Shown here piece after piece: positions 48,693-58,681 of a DNA stretch of 64,000 bases. Numbering within the stretch: the stretch's first letter is position 1; every line of letters begins with the position of its first letter. The notes beneath the pieces were generated by a model that had not been told where the DNA came from, did no database searches, and saw only the letters and a program-made list of their open reading frames with translations. This DNA comes from Dehalococcoidia bacterium (GTDB lineage: Bacteria > Chloroflexota > Dehalococcoidia > Bin125). A program made the translations under genes and the position numbers. The stretch covers positions 121,144 to 185,143 of the forward strand of contig CBDBNA010000005.1 of assembly GCA_965207695.1 (NCBI GenBank), given 5' to 3'.

Positions 48693-49019
48693 CGCCTCGC
48701 AGCCTCTCGCTAGGCGCCCCGCAGAAAAAAAAGTGAAGACTCAAACCGTGATCTTGATGCCCGTGACCCGCTCCGCGCCCGCGTCGTCGCTCAACTCCGA
48801 CGCCCCGGCGCCGATGTGAAGGGGTCCTAGCGCGGCCCACCCCGCCACGCCCGCGTCCCGGTTCGATATGCTCATCGCACAGGCGTGGCGGCGCCCGCGA
48901 CGGGGAGACCAAGGGGCAAGAGCGCCGTCGAATGCAGATGCACCACCGCCGCCCAGCCGGCCCGCGCGCCGCGACGGATCGTCGGTCGCGTGGCTGAGCC
49001 CGCGCACCCGCCCGGCCGC

Positions 49020-49484
49020 GTGCTCGCCATCGACCCCGGCGAGCGCTGGATCGGGGTCGCCCTCTCCGACGACGCCCGCCGGCTGGCGCTGCCCAGCACG
49101 ACGATCGACCGGCGCGCCCTGCGCCCGGACACGCCCGCCGCGATCGCCGCCGCCATCCACGCCGCGATCGCGCCCGACGCGCCGGCGCTGCTCGTCGTCG
49201 GCGTGCCCTATCGCCCCGACGGCGCCGAGGACGCCCAGGCCGCGGCCTTCCGCGAGCTGGGCGCGGGCGTCGCCGGCGCGCTGGGGCTGCCCCTGGCCGT
49301 GCAGGGGGAACGCCACTCGAACGACGCCGCACCGGCGCCGACGACGGAGAAGCCGCGCGGCGGACGCCGGCCGGGGGCGATCAGCCCCGCACGCCGCGCG
49401 CACCGGCGCGAGAAGCAGCACGCCGCCGCCGCCGCGACCATCCTCCAGCGCTGGCTCGACATCCAGCGCGCGGGCAAGCCATGA
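49020..49484 (+). CDS. ruvX: Putative pre-16S rRNA nuclease / Holliday-junction-resolvase-like YqgF (RuvX); GTG start, upstream alternative at 48990
   Basis: VLAIDPGERWIGVALSD...LLVVGVPY RNase H-like motif. Its stop overlaps the mltG start. Confidence 0.75.
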   Translation: MLAIDPGERWIGVALSDDARRLALPSTTIDRRALRPDTPAAIAAAIHAAIAPDAPALLVVGVPYRPDGAEDAQAAAFRELGAGVAGALGLPLAVQGERHSNDAAPAPTTEKPRGGRRPGAISPARRAHRREKQHAAAAATILQRWLDIQRAGKP

Positions 49485-50554
49485 ACCGCCAGTTGGCTTG
49501 GGCGGTGAGTGGGACCCTGGTGGCCGTGCTGGCCGCGGTGGCGGTGTGGATCTCGCTCGGCAGCCCCGGCGCCGTCCTCGGCGACGCGCCGGAGCCGCGG
49601 GAGCAGCACCCCGCCCGGGGCGGGGAGACGATCGTCGTCGAGATCCCCAGCGGTCACACCGCCGAACAGATCGGCGACGAACTCTTCCGCCGCGGCGTGA
49701 TCACATCCTCGCGGCAGTTCCAGACCCTGGTCGGGCTGCTGGGCTACGAGGGCCGCCTCGTCGTCGGCACGTACGACTTCGAGCCCGGGATGCTCACCAT
49801 GGACGTGATCGAGCGCATCCGCCGCGGCGTCACGTCGGAGATCGTGGTGACGATCCCGGAGGGCTGGCAGGCGGCCGAGATCTTCGCGCGCGTCGCCGAG
49901 CACAGCCCGATCAGCGTCGCCGATCTCGAGGCCGCCGCCGCCGACCCGGCCGTGGCACGGGGCACCCTCGCCCTCGGGCGACCCGGCGGCGTCTCGCTCG
50001 AGGGCTACCTCTTCCCCAGCACCTACGTCATTTCCCGCGTCGCAACCGCGGCCGACGTCGTCCGGCAGATGCTGCGCCGCTTCGACGATCAGATCACGCT
50101 CGATATGCGGGCCGAGATCGCCGCCGCCGGCCGTCCCCTGCACCTGCTGCTGACGATCGCTTCGATCGTGGAGCGGGAGGCAGTGCTGCCCGCCGAGCGG
50201 GCCGTCATCGCCTCCGTGTTCTGGAATCGCATCGACAACGACCTGCCGCTCCAGGCCGACCCGACGGTGCAGTACGCGCTGGCGCAGGATCCAGACAGCG
50301 TCGCCCTCTACGGCCACTGGAAATCCCCTTTGACGGCCGAGGATCTGCAAGTGCCGTCGCCCTGGAACACGTATGCTTCCGACGAAGTGCCGCCGACCCC
50401 GATCGCCTCGCCGGGCATCGAATCCATCCTCGCCGCCCTGCGCCCGGCGGAGACGCCGTACTTCTTCTTCGTCGCGCGGGGCGACGGCGGGCACCTGTTC
50501 GCGGAGACCTTCGAGGAGCACCGCGACAACGTCGATCGGGTGCGCAGCCAGTAG
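49481..50554 (+). CDS. mltG: Endolytic murein transglycosylase MltG (YceG-like)
   Basis: N-terminal TM segment; YceG domain (LTIASIVEREA...DPTVQYAL...WNTY...GLPPTPIASPG). Confidence 0.85.
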   Translation: MNRQLAWAVSGTLVAVLAAVAVWISLGSPGAVLGDAPEPREQHPARGGETIVVEIPSGHTAEQIGDELFRRGVITSSRQFQTLVGLLGYEGRLVVGTYDFEPGMLTMDVIERIRRGVTSEIVVTIPEGWQAAEIFARVAEHSPISVADLEAAAADPAVARGTLALGRPGGVSLEGYLFPSTYVISRVATAADVVRQMLRRFDDQITLDMRAEIAAAGRPLHLLLTIASIVEREAVLPAERAVIASVFWNRIDNDLPLQADPTVQYALAQDPDSVALYGHWKSPLTAEDLQVPSPWNTYASDEVPPTPIASPGIESILAALRPAETPYFFFVARGDGGHLFAETFEEHRDNVDRVRSQ

Positions 50555-50587
50555 CGGGGGCCGGATGAGGCGGAGGGAGCAGCAGCG

Positions 50588-51460
50588 ATGAGCGTACGCG
50601 TGGGCCTGATCGGCCATCCACTGGGCCACAGCATCTCGCCCAGCTTCCAACAGGCGGCGTTCGACGCCATCGGCGTCGACGCCCGCTACGAGGCCTGGGA
50701 CCTGCCTCCCGAGGAGGTCGAGGAGTTCATCCGCGGGCTGCGCACGCCCGACGCCCTCGGCGCCAACGTCACGATCCCGTACAAGGAGGCGGCCTTGCGC
50801 TACGTGGACCGCCTGCACGAGACCGCGCGCTTCGTCGGCGCGATCAACACGATCGTCAACGAGGGCGGCCACTTGGCCGGCTTCAACACCGACGTCGCCG
50901 GCTTCCAGGCCGCCCTCAAGGACGTGGGCTTCGACGCCCGCGGCGTCAACGCGGTCGTCTGGGGCGCGGGCGGCGCGGCGCGGGCGGTGGCCTGGGCGCT
51001 GGTCTGGCGCAAGGCCACCTCGATCACGATCGTCAACCGCACCGCCGTGCGGGCCGCCCGCCTGCGCCACGACGTCTCCTCGGCGCTCACCGGTGGCGAC
51101 GCCGGCGGCGTGCGCCTGCGGGCCAGCGGCGCCGACGACCCCGCCGCCATCGGCGCGCTGCAGGTCTGCGACCTGGTCGTGCATTGCACCCCGGTGGGCA
51201 TGCATGGGTCGGAGGAGCCCGACGCGACACCCTTCCCCGTCGACGCGCTCAACCCGCGCGCGCTCGTCGTCGACCTGGTCGCGAATCCGCTGCAGACGCC
51301 GCTCATGCGGGAGGCCGCCGCCGCCGGCCACCGCGTCGTCGGCGGGCTGCCCATGCTCGTGCACCAGGGCGCGGCATCCTTCGAGCTGTGGACCCGCCGC
51401 GTGCCGCCCATGGCCGTCATGACCGCCGCCGCCCGCCGCGCCATGGCGGAGGTCTCGTGA
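50588..51460 (+). CDS. aroE: Shikimate dehydrogenase
   Basis: LIGHPLGHSISP...NVTIPYK...GFNTD; Rossmann VVWGAGGAARAV. Confidence 0.85.
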   Translation: MSVRVGLIGHPLGHSISPSFQQAAFDAIGVDARYEAWDLPPEEVEEFIRGLRTPDALGANVTIPYKEAALRYVDRLHETARFVGAINTIVNEGGHLAGFNTDVAGFQAALKDVGFDARGVNAVVWGAGGAARAVAWALVWRKATSITIVNRTAVRAARLRHDVSSALTGGDAGGVRLRASGADDPAAIGALQVCDLVVHCTPVGMHGSEEPDATPFPVDALNPRALVVDLVANPLQTPLMREAAAAGHRVVGGLPMLVHQGAASFELWTRRVPPMAVMTAAARRAMAEVS

Positions 51461-51512
51461 GCGTCACGGGCGGCGCCCGATCCGATGAATGCCCCGGGCA
51501 GAGGCCGATCTC

Positions 51513-52184
51513 ATGAATGAAGGCGTCGCGATCACATTCGCCGTGATCTTCGTGATCGTGGGGTTGATCGGGCTCGTCCTCTTCAAGGAGATGCGCACGC
51601 ACACCTACTGGCGGCAGCTGGCGGCGGCGAACGATCTCGACGCGATCCGCGGCCTGCTCGAAGCCGAGATCGACCACTGGCATCGGATGCGCCCGCCCAA
51701 GGGCATCAGCGCGGCGGTCTGGGGGGGCGTACAGGGCATGGAGTTGCTCGCGGCCGACGCCGGCCATGTGCAGATCACCACCAGCGCCGAGCCGGAGATG
51801 CGCGTCATCGGAGGCAAGAGCCAGCAGGTGGCGACGGCCCTCGACATCGCCCTCGCGACCGCCGTGCGCATCACCGAGATGGTCTTCTACGACGTCGCCG
51901 ACTACCTCCCCCAGGTCGTGCGCGTCGACGTCTACACCACGTTCCGCGACGCCACCCGCGCCACGCCCCAGCCGATCCTCAGCATGAGCGCCGACCGCGC
52001 CGACGCCGTGGGGCTCGACTGGGACGCCGAGGCGCGGGAGATCGCGCTGGCCTTCAACGCCACATACGACTTGGGCCCCAGCGGCGAGCCGCGTCCCATC
52101 GAGCTGCCGCCCATGGACCCCGCCCTGGCCGCCTCTCTCGCCCAAGCGGAGGAGGTGGACGAGGCGGCCGCCGCCGATCCGTAG
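51513..52184 (+). CDS. Hypothetical N-terminally membrane-anchored protein inserted between aroE and aroC
   Basis: TM segment ITFAVIFVIVGLIGLVLF. No recognised domain. Co-directional with the shikimate genes. Confidence 0.5.
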   Translation: MNEGVAITFAVIFVIVGLIGLVLFKEMRTHTYWRQLAAANDLDAIRGLLEAEIDHWHRMRPPKGISAAVWGGVQGMELLAADAGHVQITTSAEPEMRVIGGKSQQVATALDIALATAVRITEMVFYDVADYLPQVVRVDVYTTFRDATRATPQPILSMSADRADAVGLDWDAEAREIALAFNATYDLGPSGEPRPIELPPMDPALAASLAQAEEVDEAAAADP

Positions 52185-52238
52185 CGCGCGCGGCGTTGAT
52201 CGGCGGATCGCATTTCTCGCCTGCGCTACCGTCATTCC

Positions 52239-53477
52239 ATGGGATCGCTGCGCTGGTTCACCGCCGGGGAGTCGCACGGGCCGGGCCTCACGGCCATCGT
52301 CGAGGGCCTGCCCGCCGGCGTGCCCCTGAGCGAGGCCTACATCCGCGCGCAGTTGGCGCGGCGCCAGCGCGGCTACGGCCGCGGCGGCCGCATGAAGATC
52401 GAGAGCGACTACGCCCACATCCGCGGCGGCGTGCGGCACGGACGGACGCTGGGCAGCCCCGTCGCGCTGTGGATCGAGAATCGCGACCACGCCACCGGGA
52501 GCGGCCCCGACAAGCGCCCCTGGACCGAGACGATGGCCGTCGAAGCGCTGGAGCCGGGCGCCGACCCGCCCACCCAGGTGACGCGCGTCCGCCCCGGCCA
52601 CGCCGACCTCGCCGCGGCGCTGAAGTACGGCTACGACGACGTGCGCAACTCGTTGGAGCGCGCCAGCGCCCGCGAGAGCGCCGCCCGCGTCGCCGCCGGG
52701 GCCGTCGCCCGTAGCCTGGCCGAGCAGGCCGGCGCGCGCTTCTACAGCCACGTCGTGCGCATCGCCGACGTCGCCTCGGAGGAGGCCGACTTCGCCGCCA
52801 TCGACTGGGAGGCGCTGGAGGACTCCCCCGTCCGCTGCGCCGACCCCGACGCGGCCGCGCGCATGGTCGCCGCCATCGACGCCGCCAAGCGCGACGGCGA
52901 CAGCGTGGGCGGCGTCGTGGAGGCGCGGGTGACGGGCGTGCCCTTCGGCCTGGGCTCGCACGTGCACTGGGACCGCAAGCTCAGCGGCCGCATCGCGCAG
53001 GCGCTGCTGAGCATGAACGCCTTCAAGGGCGTGGAGATCGGCGACGGCTTCCGCGGCGCGGCGCGGCGCGGCGCGCAGATGCACGACGTCGTCCTGCCGC
53101 AGGACGCTTGGCCCAGCGGCGAGGCTCCCACGCGCCCCTGGCGGCGCGCCAGCAACCACGGCGGCGGCATCGAGGGCGGCACCAGCAACGGCGAGGACAT
53201 CGTCGTGCGGGTGGCGGTCAAGCCCATCGCGACGCTCGCCCACCCGCTGCCGTCGGCCGACCTCGCCAGCGGCGAGCGGGTGCAGGCCCACTACGAGCGC
53301 TCCGACGTCTGCGTCGTGCCCGCCGCCGGGGTCATCGTCGAGGCGCTGCTGGCCCTCGTGCTGGCCGACGCCCTGCTGGAGAAGCACGGCGGCGACAGCC
53401 TGGCGGAGGTGCAGCGCAACCTGGCCGCCTTCCAGGCCCGCATCGGCCCCCTCGGCGAGCGGCCGGCGGACGGATAG
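52239..53477 (+). CDS. aroC: Chorismate synthase
   Basis: FTAGESHGPGL...RPGHAD...GGRSSARET-like signatures (RPGHADLAAALKYG..., ...SARESAARVAAGAVA). Confidence 0.9.
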   Translation: MGSLRWFTAGESHGPGLTAIVEGLPAGVPLSEAYIRAQLARRQRGYGRGGRMKIESDYAHIRGGVRHGRTLGSPVALWIENRDHATGSGPDKRPWTETMAVEALEPGADPPTQVTRVRPGHADLAAALKYGYDDVRNSLERASARESAARVAAGAVARSLAEQAGARFYSHVVRIADVASEEADFAAIDWEALEDSPVRCADPDAAARMVAAIDAAKRDGDSVGGVVEARVTGVPFGLGSHVHWDRKLSGRIAQALLSMNAFKGVEIGDGFRGAARRGAQMHDVVLPQDAWPSGEAPTRPWRRASNHGGGIEGGTSNGEDIVVRVAVKPIATLAHPLPSADLASGERVQAHYERSDVCVVPAAGVIVEALLALVLADALLEKHGGDSLAEVQRNLAAFQARIGPLGERPADG

Positions 53478-53482
53478 CGGCC

Positions 53483-55246
53483 ATGCCCCCGCCCCAACCG
53501 ACGCGCATCGTCCTGATCGGCTTCAGCGCTACCGGCAAGTCGTCCGTCGCGCGCGCCCTTGCGGACCGGCTGGGCTGGACGGCGCTCGACACGGACGACC
53601 TCATCGAGGCGGCCGCCGGTCGCAGCGTGCCCGACATCTTCGCCCGGGACGGCGAGGCCGCCTTCCGCGCCCTGGAGCGCGACGCCGCCCGGCAGGCCGC
53701 CGCCTGGGAGCGAGTCGTGATCGCGACCGGTGGCGGCCTCTGGCTCGACGCGACCAACCGCGAGGCCCTCTGCGACGGCGGCTTCGTCGTCGCGCTGGAG
53801 GCGCGGCTGGGCACCATCGTCGCCCGGCACGCGCCGGCCGAGTCGGCCCGCGCCGACGCCCGGCCATTGCTCGCCGGCGGGGAGCGCCTGGAGACCGTGC
53901 GTCGCCTCAAGGCCGCCCGCCAGTCGCACTATGCCCTGGCCGACGCCACCGTCCACACCGATACGGCCTCGGTCGAGCAGGTCGCCGATCAGATCGCCGC
54001 CGTCTTCGAGCGCGACGGGGCCGCTGCCGTCGCCTCCGCGGAGCGCCCCCGCGACCTCGTACGGGGCCCCGAGACTGCCGAGCCCGACGCCTCGCCGCTC
54101 GCCGCGCACGACGCCCTGGCCGCCGTCGTGCGCACCCGTCCGGCTGCGGCCGACTACCCGGTCTACTGCGCCTGGGGCCTGCTGGAGCGGCTGCCGGAGA
54201 TCCTCGACGCGGTCGCGCCCAGGGCCGGCCGCGTCTTCCTCGTCTGCGATGCAGCCATCCAAGCGCTCTACGGGGAGGCACTCGCCTCCGCCCTGACGGC
54301 GTCCGGCCGCCGTTGCGAATCGACGACCGTGCCCGGCGGCGAGACGAGCAAGAACCCCGCGCAGCTGCAGACCCTCTTCGACTGGCTGGCCGGAGCCCGC
54401 GCGGAGCGCGGCGACGTCGTGCTGGCCCTGGGCGGCGGCGTGGTCACCGACCTGGCCGGCACGGCTGCCGCGACCTACCTGCGCGGGATGCCGCTCGTGC
54501 ACGCCCCCACGACGCTGCTCGGCATGGTCGACGCGGCGATCGGCGGCAAGGTCGCCATCGACCTGCCGGCCGGCAAGAACCTGGTCGGGGCGTTCTACCA
54601 GCCACGCGCGGTCGTGGCCGACATCCGCACGCTCGCCAGCCTGCCCCCGCGCGAACTGCGGGCCGGCTTCGCGGAGGTGATCAAGCACGCCTTCATCCGC
54701 GACGCGGCCATGCTCGACGAACTGGAGCGCGACGCCCCGGCCCTGCTCGCACTCAACGATTCCGCCCCGGCCGTCCGCGACCGAGCGGTCTCCCTCATCG
54801 CCCGCAACATGGCGATCAAGGCCGCCGTCGTCTCCGCCGACGAGCGCGAGTCGGGCCTGCGCATGACGTTGAATTACGGCCACACGATCGGCCACGCGAT
54901 CGAGGCCGTCACGTCCTACCAAGCCTGCCTGCACGGGGAGGCGGTCGCCATCGGTCTGGTGGGCGCGGCGCGGATCGCACAGGGCGTCGGCCTGATCGAC
55001 GGCGCGACGGCCGCGCGGCACGAGCGCGTCCTTGAACGCTTCGGTTTGCCTACTCGCGCCACTCCCGGCCCCGGCCTGACGACCGACACGGTGCTCGAGG
55101 CCATGCGAAGCGACAAGAAGGTCGCGGCGGGGCGGCAGCGCTGGGTGCTGCTGGAGGCGATCGGCGCACCGGTCGTCCGTGACGACGTGCCGCCGGAACT
55201 GGTTCGCGAGGTGGTGCATGGGCTGGTGGAACCGGCTGCGTCGTAG
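53483..55246 (+). CDS. aroKB: Bifunctional shikimate kinase / 3-dehydroquinate synthase fusion (AroK-AroB)
   Basis: N-terminal P-loop [14 protein letters not shown] (AroK). C-terminal AroB signatures ([19 protein letters not shown], ...[13 protein letters not shown]). Single 588-aa frame. Confidence 0.85.
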   Translation: MPPPQPTRIVLIGFSATGKSSVARALADRLGWTALDTDDLIEAAAGRSVPDIFARDGEAAFRALERDAARQAAAWERVVIATGGGLWLDATNREALCDGGFVVALEARLGTIVARHAPAESARADARPLLAGGERLETVRRLKAARQSHYALADATVHTDTASVEQVADQIAAVFERDGAAAVASAERPRDLVRGPETAEPDASPLAAHDALAAVVRTRPAAADYPVYCAWGLLERLPEILDAVAPRAGRVFLVCDAAIQALYGEALASALTASGRRCESTTVPGGETSKNPAQLQTLFDWLAGARAERGDVVLALGGGVVTDLAGTAAATYLRGMPLVHAPTTLLGMVDAAIGGKVAIDLPAGKNLVGAFYQPRAVVADIRTLASLPPRELRAGFAEVIKHAFIRDAAMLDELERDAPALLALNDSAPAVRDRAVSLIARNMAIKAAVVSADERESGLRMTLNYGHTIGHAIEAVTSYQACLHGEAVAIGLVGAARIAQGVGLIDGATAARHERVLERFGLPTRATPGPGLTTDTVLEAMRSDKKVAAGRQRWVLLEAIGAPVVRDDVPPELVREVVHGLVEPAAS

Positions 55247-55253
55247 TCGGCCA

Positions 55254-55565
55254 ATGGACCCGCCCGCCGACGCGGCTCCGGATCAGCGGCTGACGGCGCT
55301 CGTGCATGGCTTCGTGCAGGGCGTCGGCTACCGCGACTTCTGCAGCCGCACGGCCTACCGCCTCGACCCCGACGCGCTAAGCGGCTACGCGCGCAACCTG
55401 CCCACCGGCACCACCGTGGAGGTCGTCGCGGAGGGGCCGCGCCCGGTGCTCGAGGCCCTCCTCGAACGGCTCTACGAGGGGCCGGGCATGGCCCGCGTGA
55501 TCGACATCGAGGTCTCCTGGAGCGCCGCCAGCCACGAGTTCGACCACTTCACGGCCCGCTACTAG
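55254..55565 (+). CDS. acyP: Acylphosphatase
   Basis: [13 protein letters not shown]...[18 protein letters not shown] is the acylphosphatase signature. Confidence 0.75.
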   Translation: MDPPADAAPDQRLTALVHGFVQGVGYRDFCSRTAYRLDPDALSGYARNLPTGTTVEVVAEGPRPVLEALLERLYEGPGMARVIDIEVSWSAASHEFDHFTARY

Positions 55566-55681
55566 CCGCGCGGAACTCCGCGACATAGCGGCCATACCGC
55601 CCGCACCGCGCCTGGGTAGGATGGAAGTGCGGTCCACCACCCCCAACGGCCGCCGCGCCCGCGGCGGCCTCCACGAACGAA

Positions 55682-56368
55682 ATGAGCCCCATGGAATACA
55701 CGATCGAGCACGGTCCCGCCTTCGCCCTCGGCGTCATCCAGCTGCGCGCCGGCGAACGCATGCAGGCCGAAGCCGGCGCGATGGTCAGCATGTCCGACAC
55801 GATCGAGATGAAGTCGGAGGTCCGGGGCGGCCTCATGAAGGGGCTCAAGCGATCGGTGCTGGGCGGCGAGAGCTTCTTCATCAACAAGTTCGAGGCCTCC
55901 GGCGCCGGCGGCGAGGTCACCGTCGCGCCCGCGCTCCCGGGCGACATCGTGGCCCTGGAGGTCGGTGGGCCGTCGCTGCTGATCCAGTCCGGCTCGTTCC
56001 TCGCCGCCACCGACGGCGTCGAGATCGACACGAAGTGGGGCGGCGCCAAGAGCTTCTTTTCGGGCGAGGGGCTCTTCCTGCTCAAGGCCACCGGCGCCGG
56101 CACGATCTTCCTCTCCAGCTACGGCGCGATCCGCCTGATCGAACTCGGCGAGGGGCAGCGCTACACCGTCGACACCGGGCACATGGTCGCCTTCGACGAG
56201 AGCGTGCGCTACAGCGTCGGCAAGTCGGGCGGCTGGCGCACCACCCTGACGAGCGGCGAGGGCCTGGTCGCCAAGCTGGAGGGCCCCGGGCGCTTCTACA
56301 TGCAGACCCGCGCGCCCCAGGCGTTCATCGACTGGCTGGCGCCCAAGCTGCCCGGCAAGCGGGAGTAG
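55682..56368 (+). CDS. TIGR00266 / AIM24 family protein (DUF124)
   Basis: GESFFINKF...SGSFLA...EGLFLLKATGAGTIFLSSYGAI...GEGLVAKLEGPGRFYMQTR is typical of TIGR00266. Confidence 0.7.
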   Translation: MSPMEYTIEHGPAFALGVIQLRAGERMQAEAGAMVSMSDTIEMKSEVRGGLMKGLKRSVLGGESFFINKFEASGAGGEVTVAPALPGDIVALEVGGPSLLIQSGSFLAATDGVEIDTKWGGAKSFFSGEGLFLLKATGAGTIFLSSYGAIRLIELGEGQRYTVDTGHMVAFDESVRYSVGKSGGWRTTLTSGEGLVAKLEGPGRFYMQTRAPQAFIDWLAPKLPGKRE

Positions 56369-56414
56369 CCGTCGGGGCCTCCGAGGTTGCGCCCGGCGCG
56401 ATACGCTGACCGCC

Positions 56415-57173
56415 ATGGCCATCCCTCGCGACCGGGCCGAAGCCGCCGCCCTGCTCGGCGTCCCCGCCGACGCGGAGGCCGACGTCATCGCCGAGCGCTA
56501 CCGCATGCTGGCGCGCATCTTCCACCCCGACCGCAACCCCGACGCGCCCGACGCCGACGCCCGCATGCAGGAGCTCAACATCGCCCGCGACCTGCTCCTG
56601 CAACTGCGCGCGGAGTCGGCCGTCGTGACGCTTCCCCCGGAGCCCGAGCCGGCCCACTCGCGCCGCCAGCACGCGCGGCTGGCCGCCGTCATGCACGAGA
56701 TGCCCTACGGGGTCTACTTCATCGGTACGCAGCGCGGCGGCGACCCCTCGGGGATGATCGCCGACTGGGTGCTGCAGGTCTCCTTCAAGCCCCGCCTGAT
56801 CCTGATCGCATTCGAGCGCGACTCCTACAGCCTGGGCAGCATCCAGGCCAACCGGGCGCTCAGCGTGGCCCTGCTGGCCGAGGACTGCTTCGACGTCGCG
56901 GGACGCTTCCTCCAGCCCCGCGACCCGGCCAAGATCCGCGGGCGCACGCGCGGCCAGCAGTTGCGCGACAAGCTGGCCGGCGTCGAGTACTGGACGACCG
57001 AGCGCGGCTGTCCCGTCCTCAGCGACGCCCTCACTTGGCTCGATTGCGAGGCGCAGCAGTTCATCCCGGCCGGCGACCACATCCTCGTCGTCGCCCAAGT
57101 CCTCGACGGAGACCGCCAGCGCGACGCCGAGCCCCTGACGTCGCTCAACACCGGCTGGACCTACAGCGGCTGA
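56415..57173 (+). CDS. Fusion protein: N-terminal J-domain (HPD motif) + C-terminal flavin-reductase-like FMN-binding split-barrel domain
   Basis: AEADVIAERYRMLARIFHPDRNPD is J-domain-like. The C-terminal half (..ANRALSVALLAED..., ...GDHILVVAQVLDG) resembles flavin reductase / DIM6-like domains. Confidence 0.55.
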   Translation: MAIPRDRAEAAALLGVPADAEADVIAERYRMLARIFHPDRNPDAPDADARMQELNIARDLLLQLRAESAVVTLPPEPEPAHSRRQHARLAAVMHEMPYGVYFIGTQRGGDPSGMIADWVLQVSFKPRLILIAFERDSYSLGSIQANRALSVALLAEDCFDVAGRFLQPRDPAKIRGRTRGQQLRDKLAGVEYWTTERGCPVLSDALTWLDCEAQQFIPAGDHILVVAQVLDGDRQRDAEPLTSLNTGWTYSG

Positions 57174-57553
57174 CCGGCCGGCGGCGTTCGTCACGGTCGG
57201 CCCGGCGCGAGTGCGGCGCCGTCGTCGAGCGACGAGATGATCTTGGCGGCGGCGGCAGGCCTGGACGGGAGCCGCACACTCGACCGCGACCAGCTGCGCC
57301 GGGCGCAAGGGCCGGCGGTTGACGCGGTCGATTGGCTGAAGAGGCCAGCCCCAGGGAAGGCCTCTCGGCCGGCAACGGCGCGTGGAGTAAGAGAGTGTTA
57401 GATCAGCGACAGTGCTCGGACATGAACCCTTCTATGTTCGCTGGTTGGCACAGGTCTGAAAGCGCGTGACGGCCGCCGAACGCAGGCAGCCGGTCCTCGA
57501 GGCCTTGCGGACAGGCCGCTCGGAGCACACAAGTCCGCTAGATCGATCTCGCC

Positions 57554-58681
57554 ATGATTCGCACGGGAAGTGAGCAGGTCCACGACGTCGTTGTCGTCGG
57601 CGCCGGCGCCGCAGGCGTGGGCGTGGCGGTGACGCTCCAGCATGCTGGCATCGAGAACTTTGTGGTGCTCGACCGTCACACGGTCGGCGCTTCGTTCGCC
57701 TCATGGCCGGCCGAGACGCGCTTCATCACGCCCTCGTACGCGACCAACTCGATTGGGATGCTCGACCTGAACTCAATCGCGATCGGCACCTCACCCGCGT
57801 ACAGTTTGGGGGTAGAGCATCCGACCGGTGAGGACTATGCCGCGTACTTGCGTGCAGTCGCGCAGTTCTTTGAGCTGCCTGTTCGCCAGGATGTCGACGT
57901 CCGGCAGGTATCGAGGGTTGGCGGCGGTTTCCGCATCGAGACCGCCGACGAGAGCTTGCAAGCCAAGCACGTGATTTGGGCCGCGGGCGAGTTTCAATAC
58001 CCACGCTTCGGTGGCTTCGTTGGAAGCGAATTGTGCCGCCACACCGCGACCATCGCCAGCTATGACGATCTGGAGGGCGACGACTTCATCGTGGTGGGCG
58101 GCTACGAAAGTGGCGTCGACGCTGCCTATCACCTCGCCTGTCGCGACAAACGAGTCTGCCTGTTCGACAAGGACTGCCCGTGGGAGGAGGAGAGTTCCGA
58201 TCCCAGTGACGCGCTCTCCCCGTTCACGCTCGAGCGGATGCGTGAAGACCAGTTTGTTGAGCAAGTGGAGCTGTTCCCGAACACCACCATCGAGTCGGTT
58301 GCCCGCGTGGACACCGCGTATGAAGTGCGGGCTCAAGGCGGACGCCGGCTCCAGACGCCCGTGCCGCCACTATTGGCAGGCGGATTCGAGGGCAGTCAGA
58401 GGCTCGTCGCGGACTTGTTCGAACGACGCGAGGATGGCTCGCTGCTCCTGAGCGAAGACGATGAATCGACCCTCGTGCCGGGAGTGTTCCTCTGCGGCCC
58501 CGCGGTTCGCCACAACGATCATGTGTTCTGCTTCATCTTCAAGTATCGACAACGATTCGCGGTTGTCGCCAAAGCGATCGCCACCTCGCTAGGGCTGCCG
58601 GCGGAAGATCTGGAGGAGTACCGCAAGTGGGGCATGTATCTCGATGACCTCTCCTGCTGCGGTCAGCAATGCGCATGTTGA
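57554..58681 (+). CDS. FAD/NAD(P)-binding oxidoreductase (flavin monooxygenase / YpdA-like pyridine nucleotide-disulfide oxidoreductase family)
   Basis: N-terminal GxGxxG (VVVVGAGAAG); a second dinucleotide motif (FIVVGGYESGVDAA). About 58% GC, well below background. C-terminal Cys-rich tail CCGQQCAC. Confidence 0.65.
   Translation: MIRTGSEQVHDVVVVGAGAAGVGVAVTLQHAGIENFVVLDRHTVGASFASWPAETRFITPSYATNSIGMLDLNSIAIGTSPAYSLGVEHPTGEDYAAYLRAVAQFFELPVRQDVDVRQVSRVGGGFRIETADESLQAKHVIWAAGEFQYPRFGGFVGSELCRHTATIASYDDLEGDDFIVVGGYESGVDAAYHLACRDKRVCLFDKDCPWEEESSDPSDALSPFTLERMREDQFVEQVELFPNTTIESVARVDTAYEVRAQGGRRLQTPVPPLLAGGFEGSQRLVADLFERREDGSLLLSEDDESTLVPGVFLCGPAVRHNDHVFCFIFKYRQRFAVVAKAIATSLGLPAEDLEEYRKWGMYLDDLSCCGQQCAC

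Noticed and set aside
48536-48736. 66-aa Arg/Lys-rich ORF inside the alaS-ruvX spacer as a protein-coding gene
   Set aside because: It has a GTG/ATG start without an SD. It reads through the predicted terminator. The underlying 10-nt repeat is read in rotating frames, giving no peptide periodicity. It is better explained as an RNA or DNA-repeat element.
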